A stretch of DNA of 52,133 bases from a phage. The notes beneath the pieces are model-generated. The model was not told the DNA's origin. It did no database searches and was given only the letters and a program-made list of their open reading frames with translations. Position numbers and translations under genes: made by a program. The stretch lies in the sequence record OZ470597.1, one strand, 5' to 3'. This document shows, piece after piece, positions 10,135 through 20,486 of this stretch (positions within the stretch are counted from its first letter, which is position 1; every line of letters begins with the position of its first letter).

Positions 10135-10452
10135 ATGTCAAAAATGAAATTGACGATTGGGCCGCTTCCTGACTTTAAATTACCAGTGAAATTTGCAATG
10201 CCTAACGGAGAAGATCAAACAATTATCTTCACAGTTCGCCACCGCAAAACAAGTGAGATTCACGAGCGCTACACGTCAGATACTCCAATGAGCGATGTTG
10301 AAATGATTACCTTCCTTGCTTCCGGTTGGAATCTTGATGATGAATTTAACGAAGAAAATATTAAACAGCTTCTTGATTACTACCCAGCAACAGCAATCGG
10401 ATTAACTAGCGCATACATGAAAGCGCTTGCGGGGCAGCGAGTAAAAAACTAA
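10135..10452 (+). CDS. tail assembly chaperone (lambda G-like)
   Basis: 105 aa between major tail and tape measure genes; ends just after slippery heptamer A_AAA_AAC. Confidence 0.65.
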   Translation: MSKMKLTIGPLPDFKLPVKFAMPNGEDQTIIFTVRHRKTSEIHERYTSDTPMSDVEMITFLASGWNLDDEFNEENIKQLLDYYPATAIGLTSAYMKALAGQRVKN

Positions 10453-10763
10453 AAAGGGCGGTTTACCTGTTTTATCAGAAACCGCCGACAGATGCAGAGC
10501 TTGAGGCCGTTGGGCTTACAAGGGCAGACTATGAAGGAGAAGATCCGCCAGAGGTTATATTTGATGAAAGCATGATGCAATCATGGGATATATTTTGCGC
10601 AATGCAAACGCAATGGAGATGTTCTGGCGGTGGCGCTTACGGATTTGATTATAATGTCTTGCCTATGCTTTTTGAGATTTACAAGGTTGAGGATCGCGAG
10701 ATGGCGCTAAACGACTTGCGAATCATGGAGCAAAAAGCACTTGAAATGATGCATTCAAAATAA
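10135..10763 (+). CDS. tail assembly chaperone GT-like fusion made by programmed -1 frameshift (shift near 10443-10449)
   Basis: -1 frame is open from the slippery site to stop at 10761-10763; slippery AAAAAAC followed 7 nt later by an 8-bp stem (10457-10464/10479-10486). Confidence 0.5.
10443..10486 (+). promoter_or_regulatory. programmed -1 ribosomal frameshift site (slippery A_AAA_AAC plus downstream stem-loop)
   Basis: heptamer 10443-10449 in X_XXY_YYZ register of the G-like ORF; 8-bp stem GGCGGTTT/AAACCGCC at 10457-10464/10479-10486. Confidence 0.5.
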
Positions 10764-10785
10764 GCGCCTACGGGCGCTTTTTTAT
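10763..10785 (+). terminator. intrinsic terminator upstream of tape measure gene
   Basis: AGCGCC...GGCGCT hairpin followed by TTTTTT. Confidence 0.6.
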
Positions 10786-10802
10786 TACCTGGAGGATTAA
10801 TA

Positions 10803-13475
10803 ATGTCAGAACAATACGCAGGCTTGACGCTTGGGGTTGACGTTTCTCAACTCAACAATGCTGTAAAGTCTTTGCAGCAATTCAAGAAGGCAAACGACGA
10901 CGCAAAGGGAAGCATTGAGAGTTTTGTTGATTCAGAGGTTGTTGCAAGACAAAGAGCCAAACAACTGGCTGAGGAATTGGCAAAGCAGAAGCAAGAATTT
11001 AAAGCAATTCAGTCGGCAATAGATCCGACAGCAAGCAAAATGGATAAGTTGCGCCAGGCTGCAACACAGCTTGATGCGCTTTGGAAAAAAGGAATTGTGC
11101 CGGATGATACATTCTTTGAGTTAGGATCAATTCTTGAGACGCAGCAAAATAAACTGATCGCAACTAAAAAGGCGCTAACTGAAGAAGGCCGCGCGGCTCT
11201 TGAGGAAGCAAAAAATAAGGCAAGAGCAGAGGCTGAGGCAAGAAAGTTTATTGCGGCATTGCAGGCGCAAGCTGACGCAGCAGAAAAAACAAAGTCAGAG
11301 CTTGTCGAAATGAGAGCCGCACAACTTGGAGTTAGTGCAGAGGCCGCGCCATTTATTGCAAAAATGAAGGAGCAGGAAAAACAAGCCTCAAAACTTGGCG
11401 TTTCTATGGGGCAGTACAAGCAAGCAATGGCGCAATTGCCAATGCAGATCACTGACGTTGTTACTTCTCTTGCTTCAGGTATGCCAGTATGGATGATCGC
11501 AATCCAGCAGGGCGGGCAAATCAAGGACTCATTCGGCGGTGTTGCTAATACGTTTAAAGCGCTAATGACATTTGTCACGCCTTTAAGTGTAGGAATGACG
11601 GCGCTGACTGGTGCTCTTGGTTATGCTGCATATAATGCATACAAAGCAAATGCACAACTGAAGGAGATCACAAAAACCGTTCAGGAGGCAACTGGTCTTT
11701 CTGGTGATTTTGCGGAGCGGATTGCAACTGGAATCCAGGCGCTATCTGACAAGACAGGTGAGAGCGCCGATAATCTGGCAAAGGCATACATAAGCACTAA
11801 GGATGGAGCAACCGAGGCCATACAAAAACTCGTCGATGTTGGGTTTACCTATGACGAAGCAAAGGTAAAGGTAAACGAATACAAGAATGCGTCAAGTTTT
11901 GTAAGTCTCAACAATGAGATTGCTGATCACAAAAACAAGGTTCTTGAGCTTGGAGATTCGTGGTATGAAGTCTTAAAAGCGAAGAATGATTATGCTTCAC
12001 CGTCCGGCGGGCTGTTGGGGAAAGAGCTTGGTTATGTAAATCCTATGTTGCAATTTGCGAAGAACACCTATGAGGATATAGGGAAGATCGTAAAAGATGC
12101 GAATAAGGATATGGCGGAACGAGCAGCACGCATCGACAGAGAAAATCTTTCCTTAAACAGAGTTCGAGCGGCGCAAGAGGCTTTAAACAAAGCCATAGAG
12201 GATCAGAAAAATGTAGCAAGGACAGCAGACGAAGAGTTGAAAAAACGAGCAGCCGAGAACGTTGAGTTCAGGCGAAAAGAGCTTGAAGAGGCGAAGAAGG
12301 CACAGCAGCAAAAGGAGAAAGTTGGCGGAGTTGTAAAAGCACCAACAGAGCAGCTTGATAAGGAGCTATATGTTCTCAAGGCGCAACTTGAAACGCTGAA
12401 AGAGCACCGAACTGTAAATGATGTTATTTCACGCCAGAGGCAATCTTTGTGGAGTGTTGAAAAGCAGATCCAGATCCTGGAGGAAGCGCAAAGCAAGCGT
12501 AAGCTGACAAGAGCGGAACAAGCGTTACTTAACGAGCAAAAAGCTGTTCTTGCTATGGCAAAAGAAAAGGCAGAGATAGGCGATCAGATTGTTTTGCAAC
12601 AGAGAAAGAATAAGCAATACCAAGAAGGGCTTAAATTCATTCAGCAAACATCAGATGCTATTGACGCTATGAACTTGCGACAGTCTGGAGCTACAGATCT
12701 GCAAATCCAGCGAGAGCTTGAGTTGAAGAAGTTGCGAACTGATTATGTTGCTGGCGGCGGTAGTATCGACGATGAAATTTATCAGCAGATGGAAGCAAAG
12801 CTAAAGGAGTATTACGCAACTGAGGATCAACTTAGAAATAACTGGATTGCAGGAGCAAAAAACGCATGGGAGGTTTACGGACAAGATGCAATGGATATGT
12901 ACGGCAACGTGCAAGATATTGCAAGCGAGGCGCTCAACGGTCTAACCAACCAAATGGCTACATTCCTTGCAACAGGCAAGGCAAACTTTAAGAGCTTCGC
13001 AACGTCAATCATCCAAATGATTATCCAGATGATCACGAAGATGGTTATCTTTAATGCCATATCTGGTGCGATTGGAGGTGACACTTGGACGATTGGAAGC
13101 CTTCTTAAAAATGTTGGATTTGCAACTGGTGGATACACTGGCGACGGCGGGAAGTATGAGCCAGCAGGTGTTGTTCATAAAGGCGAGTTTGTCATGACGA
13201 AGGAGGCCACGAAGCGGATCGGAGTTGGAAACCTTTACAAAATGATGCGCGGTTATGCAAATGGCGGCGTTGTTGGCGGCACTTCATACACTGGCGGCGG
13301 CGTTTCATCAGGAGCAACAAACCTTAATATTGGTGGGATTAGCGTTGATATTAACAACGGAAACGATCCGAAGGGGTTAGAGACTGGCGTAAAAATGATT
13401 TTCACTGATATGATTAAGCGTTCCTGTACGCAGGGTGGGGAAGTTTACGAATTTGTTATGTCTAAGCGGGGGTGA
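10803..13475 (+). CDS. tail tape measure protein
   Basis: 890 aa, coiled-coil-rich N-terminal half, hydrophobic segment, Gly-rich C-terminus; position after G/GT. Confidence 0.85.
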   Translation: MSEQYAGLTLGVDVSQLNNAVKSLQQFKKANDDAKGSIESFVDSEVVARQRAKQLAEELAKQKQEFKAIQSAIDPTASKMDKLRQAATQLDALWKKGIVPDDTFFELGSILETQQNKLIATKKALTEEGRAALEEAKNKARAEAEARKFIAALQAQADAAEKTKSELVEMRAAQLGVSAEAAPFIAKMKEQEKQASKLGVSMGQYKQAMAQLPMQITDVVTSLASGMPVWMIAIQQGGQIKDSFGGVANTFKALMTFVTPLSVGMTALTGALGYAAYNAYKANAQLKEITKTVQEATGLSGDFAERIATGIQALSDKTGESADNLAKAYISTKDGATEAIQKLVDVGFTYDEAKVKVNEYKNASSFVSLNNEIADHKNKVLELGDSWYEVLKAKNDYASPSGGLLGKELGYVNPMLQFAKNTYEDIGKIVKDANKDMAERAARIDRENLSLNRVRAAQEALNKAIEDQKNVARTADEELKKRAAENVEFRRKELEEAKKAQQQKEKVGGVVKAPTEQLDKELYVLKAQLETLKEHRTVNDVISRQRQSLWSVEKQIQILEEAQSKRKLTRAEQALLNEQKAVLAMAKEKAEIGDQIVLQQRKNKQYQEGLKFIQQTSDAIDAMNLRQSGATDLQIQRELELKKLRTDYVAGGGSIDDEIYQQMEAKLKEYYATEDQLRNNWIAGAKNAWEVYGQDAMDMYGNVQDIASEALNGLTNQMATFLATGKANFKSFATSIIQMIIQMITKMVIFNAISGAIGGDTWTIGSLLKNVGFATGGYTGDGGKYEPAGVVHKGEFVMTKEATKRIGVGNLYKMMRGYANGGVVGGTSYTGGGVSSGATNLNIGGISVDINNGNDPKGLETGVKMIFTDMIKRSCTQGGEVYEFVMSKRG

Positions 13476-13828
13476 TAGTGAAACTTGAGCAATTCAAATG
13501 GTGCACGCAAACGCAAGGAGGCGGCGGCACTATGACCACATCAAATAACGACAGGGAAATCTCATTTGGTAATGGTTACACGCAGGTTGCGTCAGGAGGG
13601 TTTAACACTGTACGCAGGGAGTTTTCCATTGTCTATGTGGGTAATGATTACCGAGATGTTGTTGACTTCCTGAATGGTCACAGGTTGAAGCCGTTTTTAT
13701 GGTTTATGCCTGACGGTCAACCTGGTCTATTCAGGGTAAAATCTGGTAGCGTTGGGTTAACTCCAATATCAGCAACCGTTCAGGAAGTGAAAGCAACATT
13801 TACTGAGCAATTTACATCAATGCAATAA
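13472..13828 (+). CDS. minor tail protein (lambda M-like)
   Basis: FKW...[14 protein letters not shown] matches lambda M FRW...FGDGYSQRAPAGLN; GTG start overlapping tape-measure stop (alternative ATG 13532). Confidence 0.65.
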   Translation: MIVKLEQFKWCTQTQGGGGTMTTSNNDREISFGNGYTQVASGGFNTVRREFSIVYVGNDYRDVVDFLNGHRLKPFLWFMPDGQPGLFRVKSGSVGLTPISATVQEVKATFTEQFTSMQ

Positions 13829-13832
13829 TTCA

Positions 13833-13857
13833 AGCCGCCTTTGTGCGGCTTTTTTAT
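13833..13857 (+). terminator. intrinsic terminator
   Basis: AGCCGC...GCGGCT hairpin followed by TTTTTT. Confidence 0.6.
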
Positions 13858-13889
13858 TGATGATACAATGCACGAAAGGAGGTGCAATT

Positions 13890-14651
13890 ATGGCTAATGA
13901 AACAACAGGTCGAGCGGATCTTGAAAACTGTCTGCAAAGCCTTTACCCTGGCGAGATTATCACGCTAATTGAGATTGACGGTACAAAGTTTGGCGCAAAC
14001 ATTTACCGCATACACAATGAGAACATCTCATACACTGCGGAAGAATTATTGCAGGCGCGAGAAACTGGAGTTCTCCCGCCGAAAGATATTACATTCCGTG
14101 GTGAGGTTTACGGCGCGCGACCGTTCGGAATATCTGGAATCAACTTCACAAGCAACGGAAAGGCTGATAAGCCACAATTGATACTGTCAAACCTTGATAG
14201 CCAGGTGAGCGCGATGATTCGCAACTTTAACGGCATGATGCAAGCTAAGGTTACAATCTGGATCACGCCAGCAGAATTAATGGGTAAAGATGGCAGCATT
14301 AAAGATGGCGCTTCAAGAAAGCTGGTTTATTACATTGAGCGCCCAAGCCATTACAATAGAATGATGGCAAAGTTTGATCTGACATCGCCTTATGATATGG
14401 ATGGAATAATGATTCCTCCGCGAATAACTCAAAGCGTTTGTTATTGGGCGCAGCGTGGATGGTATCGAAGCGGAAAAGGTTGCGGATACAATGGATCGCG
14501 AATGTTTGACAAAGACAACAATCCTGTAACCGATCCATCTCAAGACTTTTGCGCAGGAACTGTAACAGCGTGCAAACTTCGTTTTGGTGCAGATCAGCAG
14601 CTTGATTTTGGCGGTGCGCCAGTAGCAAGCCTGTTAAGGAGAAATCAGTGA
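13890..14651 (+). CDS. minor tail protein (lambda L-like)
   Basis: ATG 13890 with AAAGGAGG RBS; C-terminal Cys cluster (CYWAQ...GKGCGYNG...FCAGTVTAC) like lambda L. Confidence 0.75.
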   Translation: MANETTGRADLENCLQSLYPGEIITLIEIDGTKFGANIYRIHNENISYTAEELLQARETGVLPPKDITFRGEVYGARPFGISGINFTSNGKADKPQLILSNLDSQVSAMIRNFNGMMQAKVTIWITPAELMGKDGSIKDGASRKLVYYIERPSHYNRMMAKFDLTSPYDMDGIMIPPRITQSVCYWAQRGWYRSGKGCGYNGSRMFDKDNNPVTDPSQDFCAGTVTACKLRFGADQQLDFGGAPVASLLRRNQ

Positions 14652-15382
14652 TGATTAGTGCAAAAATAAAACTTGAAATAATGCAGCACGTAAAAGATGA
14701 ATACCCGCGCGAGGCGTGCGGTGTTATCACTCAAAAATCACGCGTGCAAAAATACCGCCGCATAACCAACGTACATGATGATCCTGAAAATCATTTTGAG
14801 ATGGACGCAATTGAATACGTTGAAGCGTGCGAAAGTGGCGAGCTTATTGCTGTTGTGCATAGCCACACTGGAGACGGGGCAAGTACAATTCCAAGCGCCC
14901 ATGATACATGCATGTGTGATGAAATGGGTGTTTCATGGGTTATTGTGTCATGGCCAGAAGGTGATATGAGGATCATTGAGCCTGAATCTCGTCCTCTGAT
15001 TGGTCGCCCGTGGTCGCTTGGGGCGTATGATTGCTGGGGGCTTATTATGGCATGGCACAAGCAACATGGAGTTATCCTGAATGATTTCAGGAAACCATAT
15101 GAATGGTGGAAGCCTGAGCACGGTGAAAATCTTTATCAAGAAAATTATCTGAAAGAGGGTTTTATTGAAACAGGAGAGCCGCCAAAACCTGGTGATATGG
15201 TTATCTTTCAGCTTTCCGCGCCAGTGTGGAATCATGCAGGCATTTATCTTGGCAACAATCAGTTGCTTCATCATGCCTTTGGTAAATTGTCGAGGGTTGA
15301 TTTGTATTCTGGATGGTATCAGGAACATGCAAAAATGGTTTGTAGACATAAGGATCTGAAATATGACTTTGAAGGTAATTAA
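14651..15382 (+). CDS. tail tip assembly protein (lambda K-like; JAB/MPN + NlpC/P60 domains)
   Basis: AVVHSHTGDGASTIPSAHD (JAMM-like) and YDCWGL...H (NlpC/P60 Cys/His) motifs, collinear with lambda K. Confidence 0.85.
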   Translation: MISAKIKLEIMQHVKDEYPREACGVITQKSRVQKYRRITNVHDDPENHFEMDAIEYVEACESGELIAVVHSHTGDGASTIPSAHDTCMCDEMGVSWVIVSWPEGDMRIIEPESRPLIGRPWSLGAYDCWGLIMAWHKQHGVILNDFRKPYEWWKPEHGENLYQENYLKEGFIETGEPPKPGDMVIFQLSAPVWNHAGIYLGNNQLLHHAFGKLSRVDLYSGWYQEHAKMVCRHKDLKYDFEGN

Positions 15383-15959
15383 ATTATCTGGATCTTTAGG
15401 GCGAAGATTTGGTGTATTTCATAAGATGGCTGTTGACTCATACCCTGAAGCAATCCGTGCGCTATCCTCGCAGGTGGAAGGATTCAAGGACTACATGCAA
15501 AGCGAAGTAGGATCACGAATGCGTTATGCTGTATTTGTTGACGGTAATAATGTAGGGCAGCACGATGAAAAAGCGTGGCAATGCGCAAAGGAAGTGCGGA
15601 TTATTCCAATCCCAACAGGTTCAAAGTCTGGTGGGTTGTTTCAGGTTGTTCTTGGGGCGGTTATTATGGCGACTGCATTTTTCACTGGCGGCGCTTCACT
15701 TGCGTTGATGGGTGCTTTTGCATCGTCTGCTTTCATGATGGGTGGCGCTATGGTGCTGGGTGGTGTAATGCAGATGATTTCACCACAGCAAGGCGGGTCG
15801 CGGTTATCATCCCAATCAGCAGAGAATAAGCCGTCTTACGCTTTTGGCGGTGCAGTTAACACAACGGCGGCAGGATACCCAATACCATTACCATACGGTC
15901 AAAGGACCGTCGGCGGAGCTATCTGGTCGGCTGGGAGTTATGCAGAAGATAAGGCTTAA
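15363..15959 (+). CDS. tail tip assembly protein (lambda I-like)
   Basis: SKSGGLFQVVLGAVIMATAFFTGGASLA matches lambda I AKSGGVFQIVLGAAAIAGSFFTAGATLA. Confidence 0.85.
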   Translation: MTLKVIKLSGSLGRRFGVFHKMAVDSYPEAIRALSSQVEGFKDYMQSEVGSRMRYAVFVDGNNVGQHDEKAWQCAKEVRIIPIPTGSKSGGLFQVVLGAVIMATAFFTGGASLALMGAFASSAFMMGGAMVLGGVMQMISPQQGGSRLSSQSAENKPSYAFGGAVNTTAAGYPIPLPYGQRTVGGAIWSAGSYAEDKA

Positions 15960-15967
15960 TATAAAAG

Positions 15968-15994
15968 AGTCGCGCGTTGCGCGGCTTTTTTTTT
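15968..15994 (+). terminator. intrinsic terminator upstream of J-like gene
   Basis: GC-rich hairpin followed by nine Ts; TATAAT at 16000-16005 just downstream. Confidence 0.6.
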
Positions 15995-16039
15995 GCCCGT
16001 ATAATTCAACAAATCAAATAGCACAAAAGGTGAAAAAGC

Positions 16040-19000
16040 ATGGCTGAAAATATGATAACGGGCAGTAAGGGTGGATCATCAAAACCTTATGTGCCGAAAG
16101 AGATGGAAGATAACCTGATCTCAATCAACAAAATCAAAATCCTTCTTGCCGTTTCCGATGGCGAGTGCGATCCAGATTTTACACTTCGCGATCTGTATCT
16201 TGATGATGTTCCGGTAATTGCAGACGACGGAACTGTTAACTACCAGGGTGTGAAAGCTGAATTTAGACCTGGAACGCAGACGCAAGATTACATCCAGGGG
16301 TTTACTGACACATCAAGCGAAGTGACGCTGGCGCGTGACATTACTACATCAAATCCTTATGTAATTTCTGTAACCAACAAAACATTATCGGCTATCAGAA
16401 TTAAAATGCTAATGCCAACAGGCATTAAGCAAGAAGATAACGGGGATCTTGTAGGTGTTAATGTCACTTATGCTGTTGATATGGCTGTTGACGGAGACTC
16501 TTACAAAGAAGTATTGCGAGACACTATCGAAGGTAAAACGCGTTCCGGTTACGACAGAAGCCGAAGGATTGACCTTCCTGCATTTAATGATCGCGTATTA
16601 CTTAGGGTTAGAAGGGTTACGGCAGACAGCGCATCTTCTCGCGTTACTGATCTGATTAAGCTACAAAGTTACGCTGAGGTTATTGATGCAAAATTCCGTT
16701 ATCCTCTGACTGGTCTTGTATACGTTGAATTTGACAGTGAGTTGTTCCCTAACCAGATCCCTAACATTTCAATCAAGAAGAAATGGAAGTTAATTAATGT
16801 TCCGAGCAATTACGATCCGGTAATGCGAGAGTATCACGGTTCATGGGATGGTACTTTCAAGAAAGCGTGGTCGAACAATCCGGCGTGGGTTCTTTATGAC
16901 ATTATCACAAACCAGCGATACGGATTAGATCAGCGAGAACTTGGTGTGCAGGTTGACAAATGGAGTCTTTACGAAGCGGCGCAATACTGCGATCAGAAAG
17001 TGCCGGATGGAAAAGGCGGTACAGAGCCGCGTTATCTATGCGACGTTGTGATTCAAAGCCAGATTGAGGCTTATCAGCTTATTCGTGATATTTGCTCAAT
17101 CTTCCGAGGCATGAGCTTTTGGAATGGCGAGAGCTTGTCAATCGTCATTGATAAGCCGCGCGATCCGTCGTACATCTTCACCAATGACAACGTTGTTGAT
17201 GGTGATTTTCAGTACACAACAGCAAGCGAAAAGAGCATGTACACGCAGTGCAACGTGACGTTCGACGACGAACAAAACATGTATCAACAGGACGTAGAGG
17301 GCGTATTCGACACCGAGGCAGCATTGCGCTTTGGATACAATCCTACAAGCATAACCGCGATCGGATGTACACGCAGGAGTGAGGCTAATCGGCGCGGTCG
17401 ATGGATACTAAAAACCAATTTGCGCAGCACTACGGTAAACTTTGCTACTGGACTGGAAGGCATGATCCCATCAATAGGTGATGTGATTGCTATTGCTGAC
17501 AATTTTCACAGCAGCAACCTTAAGTTAAACCTATCAGGGCGCGTGATGGAAGTTTCCGGCTTGCAGGTGTTCGTTCCGTTTAAGATTGACGCGCGACCAG
17601 GTGATTTCATTATCATCAACAAGCCGGACGGAAAGCCAGTTAAGCGCACAATCTCAAAAGTAAGCGGTGACGGAAAAACCATTGAGCTAAACATTGGGTT
17701 TGGGTTTGAAGTTAAGCCGGATACAGTTTTTGCAATCGACCGCACTGACATTGCGTTGCAGCAATATGTTGTAACGAGTATCGGAAAAGGTGATGATGAT
17801 GATGAATTTACATACTCCATCACGGCTGTTGAATATGACCCTAACAAATACGACGAGATTGATTACGGAGTAAACATTGACGACAGACCAACTTCAATTG
17901 TCCAGCCTGACACAATGGCAGCGCCTGAAAATGTGCAAATATCCTCATACTCGCGAATTGTCCAGGGTGCAAGCGTTGAAACAATGGTTGTGTCGTGGGA
18001 TAAAGTACCTTACGCATCGCTGTATGAAATGCAATGGCGAAAAGGTGATGGCAACTGGCTGAATACACCACAGACTGCAAACAAAGAAATTGAGGTTGAA
18101 GGTATTTATTCAGGAAACTACCAGGTAAGGGTTAGATCTGTTTCTGCTTCCGGTTCTACGTCTCCTTGGTCCAGAATTGTGACAGCTTCACTGACTGGTA
18201 AGGTAGGAGAGCCAGGCGCGCCAATTAACTTAACAGCATCCGACAATGAGGTGTTTGGCATTCGTGTTAAGTGGGGGATGCCAGAAGGGAGCGGAGACAC
18301 GGCATACATTGAGCTTCATCAGTCGCCAGATGGAACAGCGGAAAACTCAAGCCTGTTAACGCTGATCCCATATCCACAATATGAATACTGGCACGGTACG
18401 CTTCCGGCTGGTCATGTTGTATGGTATAGAATCCGCAGCGTTGACAGAATCGGCAACGTTTCCGGCTGGACTGATTTTGTTAGAGGCATGGCTTCAGATG
18501 ATGTGGAGGCTGTTTTAGGCGATATTCTTGATAAGATTTTTGATACCGAAGCAGGAAAGGATCTGAAAGAGAATGCCATTGATAGCGCAAACAAAATCAA
18601 GGATCAGGCACAAAGCATCATTCAAAACGCATTGGCGAATGATGCAGACGTCAGGATTATGAGGAAGGAAAACGGAAAACGCAAAGCCGAATTCAGGCAA
18701 TCAATCCAATTGATCGCAAGTGAAACTGAGGCGCGCGTTACCGCAATGACGCAACTCAAGGCTGAATTTGACGAGGAAATAACTAGCGAAGTAACGAGGC
18801 TTGATCAGGCAATTGCAACAGAATCGGAAACGCGAGCAACAGCCATTGAGGAATTGAAATCACAGATTGGTGATGATATTCAGGGGCAATTAACGCGGGT
18901 TGAGGAAGCGATTGCAAACGAAACAGAGGCGCGCGTTTCGGCTGATACAGCATTAACAGCGAAGTTTGGAGATGTTGAATCGGCGCTGACTGAAAAACTT

Positions 19001-19465
19001 GATTCATGGGCTGGCGTTAATGGCGTTGGCGCACAGTACGCAATGAAACTTGGATTGACATACAACGGGCAGAAGTACAGCGCCGGAATGGTCATGCAGT
19101 TATCAAACAGCAATCAAGGGTTGATCTCACAAATCCTGTTTGATGCTGGCAGATTTGCGATCATGACGAGTTCTACTGGAGGATCGTATACATTGCCTTT
19201 TGTGGCAGAAAATAACCAAGTTTTCATTAACAGCCTGTTAGTAAAAGACGGATCAATCACAAACGCCATGATCGGTAACTTCATCCAATCAAACAATTAC
19301 GTTTGGAATCAAACAGGATGGAGGCTGGATAAAAACGGAACGTTTGAAAATTATGGTTCTACTCCTGGAGAGGGGGCCATGAAAATGACAAACGAAACGA
19401 TCAGCGTTAGGGATGCAAACGGCGTTTTGCGTGTTCAGATTGGTAGGCTTACTGGTACGTGGTAA
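16040..19465 (+). CDS. central tail fiber / host specificity protein (lambda J-like)
   Basis: 1141 aa; long collinear match to lambda J (VPSNYDPVMREYHGSWDGTFK...YCDQKVPDGKGGTEPRY vs VPSNYNPQTRQYSGIWDGTFK...YCDQSVPDGFGGTEPRI); FN3-like repeats. Confidence 0.95.
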   Translation: MAENMITGSKGGSSKPYVPKEMEDNLISINKIKILLAVSDGECDPDFTLRDLYLDDVPVIADDGTVNYQGVKAEFRPGTQTQDYIQGFTDTSSEVTLARDITTSNPYVISVTNKTLSAIRIKMLMPTGIKQEDNGDLVGVNVTYAVDMAVDGDSYKEVLRDTIEGKTRSGYDRSRRIDLPAFNDRVLLRVRRVTADSASSRVTDLIKLQSYAEVIDAKFRYPLTGLVYVEFDSELFPNQIPNISIKKKWKLINVPSNYDPVMREYHGSWDGTFKKAWSNNPAWVLYDIITNQRYGLDQRELGVQVDKWSLYEAAQYCDQKVPDGKGGTEPRYLCDVVIQSQIEAYQLIRDICSIFRGMSFWNGESLSIVIDKPRDPSYIFTNDNVVDGDFQYTTASEKSMYTQCNVTFDDEQNMYQQDVEGVFDTEAALRFGYNPTSITAIGCTRRSEANRRGRWILKTNLRSTTVNFATGLEGMIPSIGDVIAIADNFHSSNLKLNLSGRVMEVSGLQVFVPFKIDARPGDFIIINKPDGKPVKRTISKVSGDGKTIELNIGFGFEVKPDTVFAIDRTDIALQQYVVTSIGKGDDDDEFTYSITAVEYDPNKYDEIDYGVNIDDRPTSIVQPDTMAAPENVQISSYSRIVQGASVETMVVSWDKVPYASLYEMQWRKGDGNWLNTPQTANKEIEVEGIYSGNYQVRVRSVSASGSTSPWSRIVTASLTGKVGEPGAPINLTASDNEVFGIRVKWGMPEGSGDTAYIELHQSPDGTAENSSLLTLIPYPQYEYWHGTLPAGHVVWYRIRSVDRIGNVSGWTDFVRGMASDDVEAVLGDILDKIFDTEAGKDLKENAIDSANKIKDQAQSIIQNALANDADVRIMRKENGKRKAEFRQSIQLIASETEARVTAMTQLKAEFDEEITSEVTRLDQAIATESETRATAIEELKSQIGDDIQGQLTRVEEAIANETEARVSADTALTAKFGDVESALTEKLDSWAGVNGVGAQYAMKLGLTYNGQKYSAGMVMQLSNSNQGLISQILFDAGRFAIMTSSTGGSYTLPFVAENNQVFINSLLVKDGSITNAMIGNFIQSNNYVWNQTGWRLDKNGTFENYGSTPGEGAMKMTNETISVRDANGVLRVQIGRLTGTW

Positions 19466-19508
19466 AATCAAAGCGGGGCGTTTGCCCCGCATTTATGGAG
19501 GTTTAATA

Positions 19509-19814
19509 ATGGCTGAATATGGGATCTCAACTTGGGATGCAAACGGAAAATATAATAACTACGGTATTAAGCCGGTTTCCGTTGTTGGTGTTATCAGTCT
19601 TTCCGCTGGTCAGACAAGCGGATCGTGGAGTTTTAACATTCCAAGTGGTTTTAAGGTTGGGTATGTTGTTTCACTTGATGAAGGCGCTAGAGGAGTTGGA
19701 AGGGAAATAGTGGCATCTGGAAATACAATAAGAATTAGTCCTACATCGTCAGTTGGTCCAAATAGGTATTCTTCTTCAAAGTGCGAGTTAGTTGTTTTTC
19801 TTGAGAGGGTTTAA
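19509..19814 (+). CDS. hypothetical protein downstream of J (MAEYG family, short paralog)
   Basis: ATG 19509 with GGAGG RBS; N-terminus MAEYGISTWDANGK is shared with the next gene. Confidence 0.45.
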   Translation: MAEYGISTWDANGKYNNYGIKPVSVVGVISLSAGQTSGSWSFNIPSGFKVGYVVSLDEGARGVGREIVASGNTIRISPTSSVGPNRYSSSKCELVVFLERV

Positions 19815-19815
19815 A

Positions 19816-20454
19816 ATGGCTGAATATGGAGCAATGTTATCTTTATCAAATGGGAATCCATTTATCACACCAAAATCAACGCCATTTTGCTTGTATGGTA
19901 AGTACACTTATTCATCTTCTGGCACTTCAGCATATCATAGCGCAAGCGCAAATATACCATTAAATCAATCTTATCCATGCATGGTATTTATAAAAACAAC
20001 AAACACACAACAGCCAACCGCATTAATAGCTTACAGGAATGGTGGTAACATTTATGTAAACGGAGGCAATCCATACGGGCAATCATTTACAATGACTGTT
20101 TATATATTTGCTATATTCCCTCAAACTCTACCAAAATATGGTATGGCTATATGGGATGCAAGCGGAAAGTTGGTTTTAACTAATGAAAGCAGGGTGCTAA
20201 CAGACCTTGTGACAATTGGTACTCCTGGCTCTTCAGGTGGGACGAATATAGATCAGACATTATCTGGTTCTTATGCCGTTTGCCCATCAAGGCTTGGTGC
20301 GGTTATAGGTATGGGTGCGTCTGACATATATACATCATGCAGGTATGATGGTTCAAACACAAGGATAGGTGCGGCAAGGACAACTCCAGGGACGGGGTCT
20401 ATAACAAATAACGGAAATTCAATAATTGCAATAAAGACTGATATTTACGACTAA
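19816..20454 (+). CDS. putative receptor-binding protein (MAEYG family, long paralog)
   Basis: 213 aa directly after J-like gene; contains internal repeat of YGMAIWDASGK; followed by bidirectional terminator and convergent lipoprotein gene. Confidence 0.45.
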   Translation: MAEYGAMLSLSNGNPFITPKSTPFCLYGKYTYSSSGTSAYHSASANIPLNQSYPCMVFIKTTNTQQPTALIAYRNGGNIYVNGGNPYGQSFTMTVYIFAIFPQTLPKYGMAIWDASGKLVLTNESRVLTDLVTIGTPGSSGGTNIDQTLSGSYAVCPSRLGAVIGMGASDIYTSCRYDGSNTRIGAARTTPGTGSITNNGNSIIAIKTDIYD

Positions 20455-20460
20455 TTAAAA

Positions 20461-20485
20461 AGGGGCTTTGGCCCCTTTGTTTTTA
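20461..20485. terminator. bidirectional intrinsic terminator between RBP gene and convergent lipoprotein gene
   Basis: AGGGGC...GCCCCT hairpin flanked by A-run upstream and T-run downstream. Confidence 0.65.
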
Positions 20486-20486
20486 T

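Noticed and set aside
11009-11578. 189-aa antisense ORF inside the tape measure gene
   Set aside because: Ala/Ser/Cys-rich low-complexity translation opposite a well-supported gene, the typical antisense artefact of coiled-coil coding sequence.
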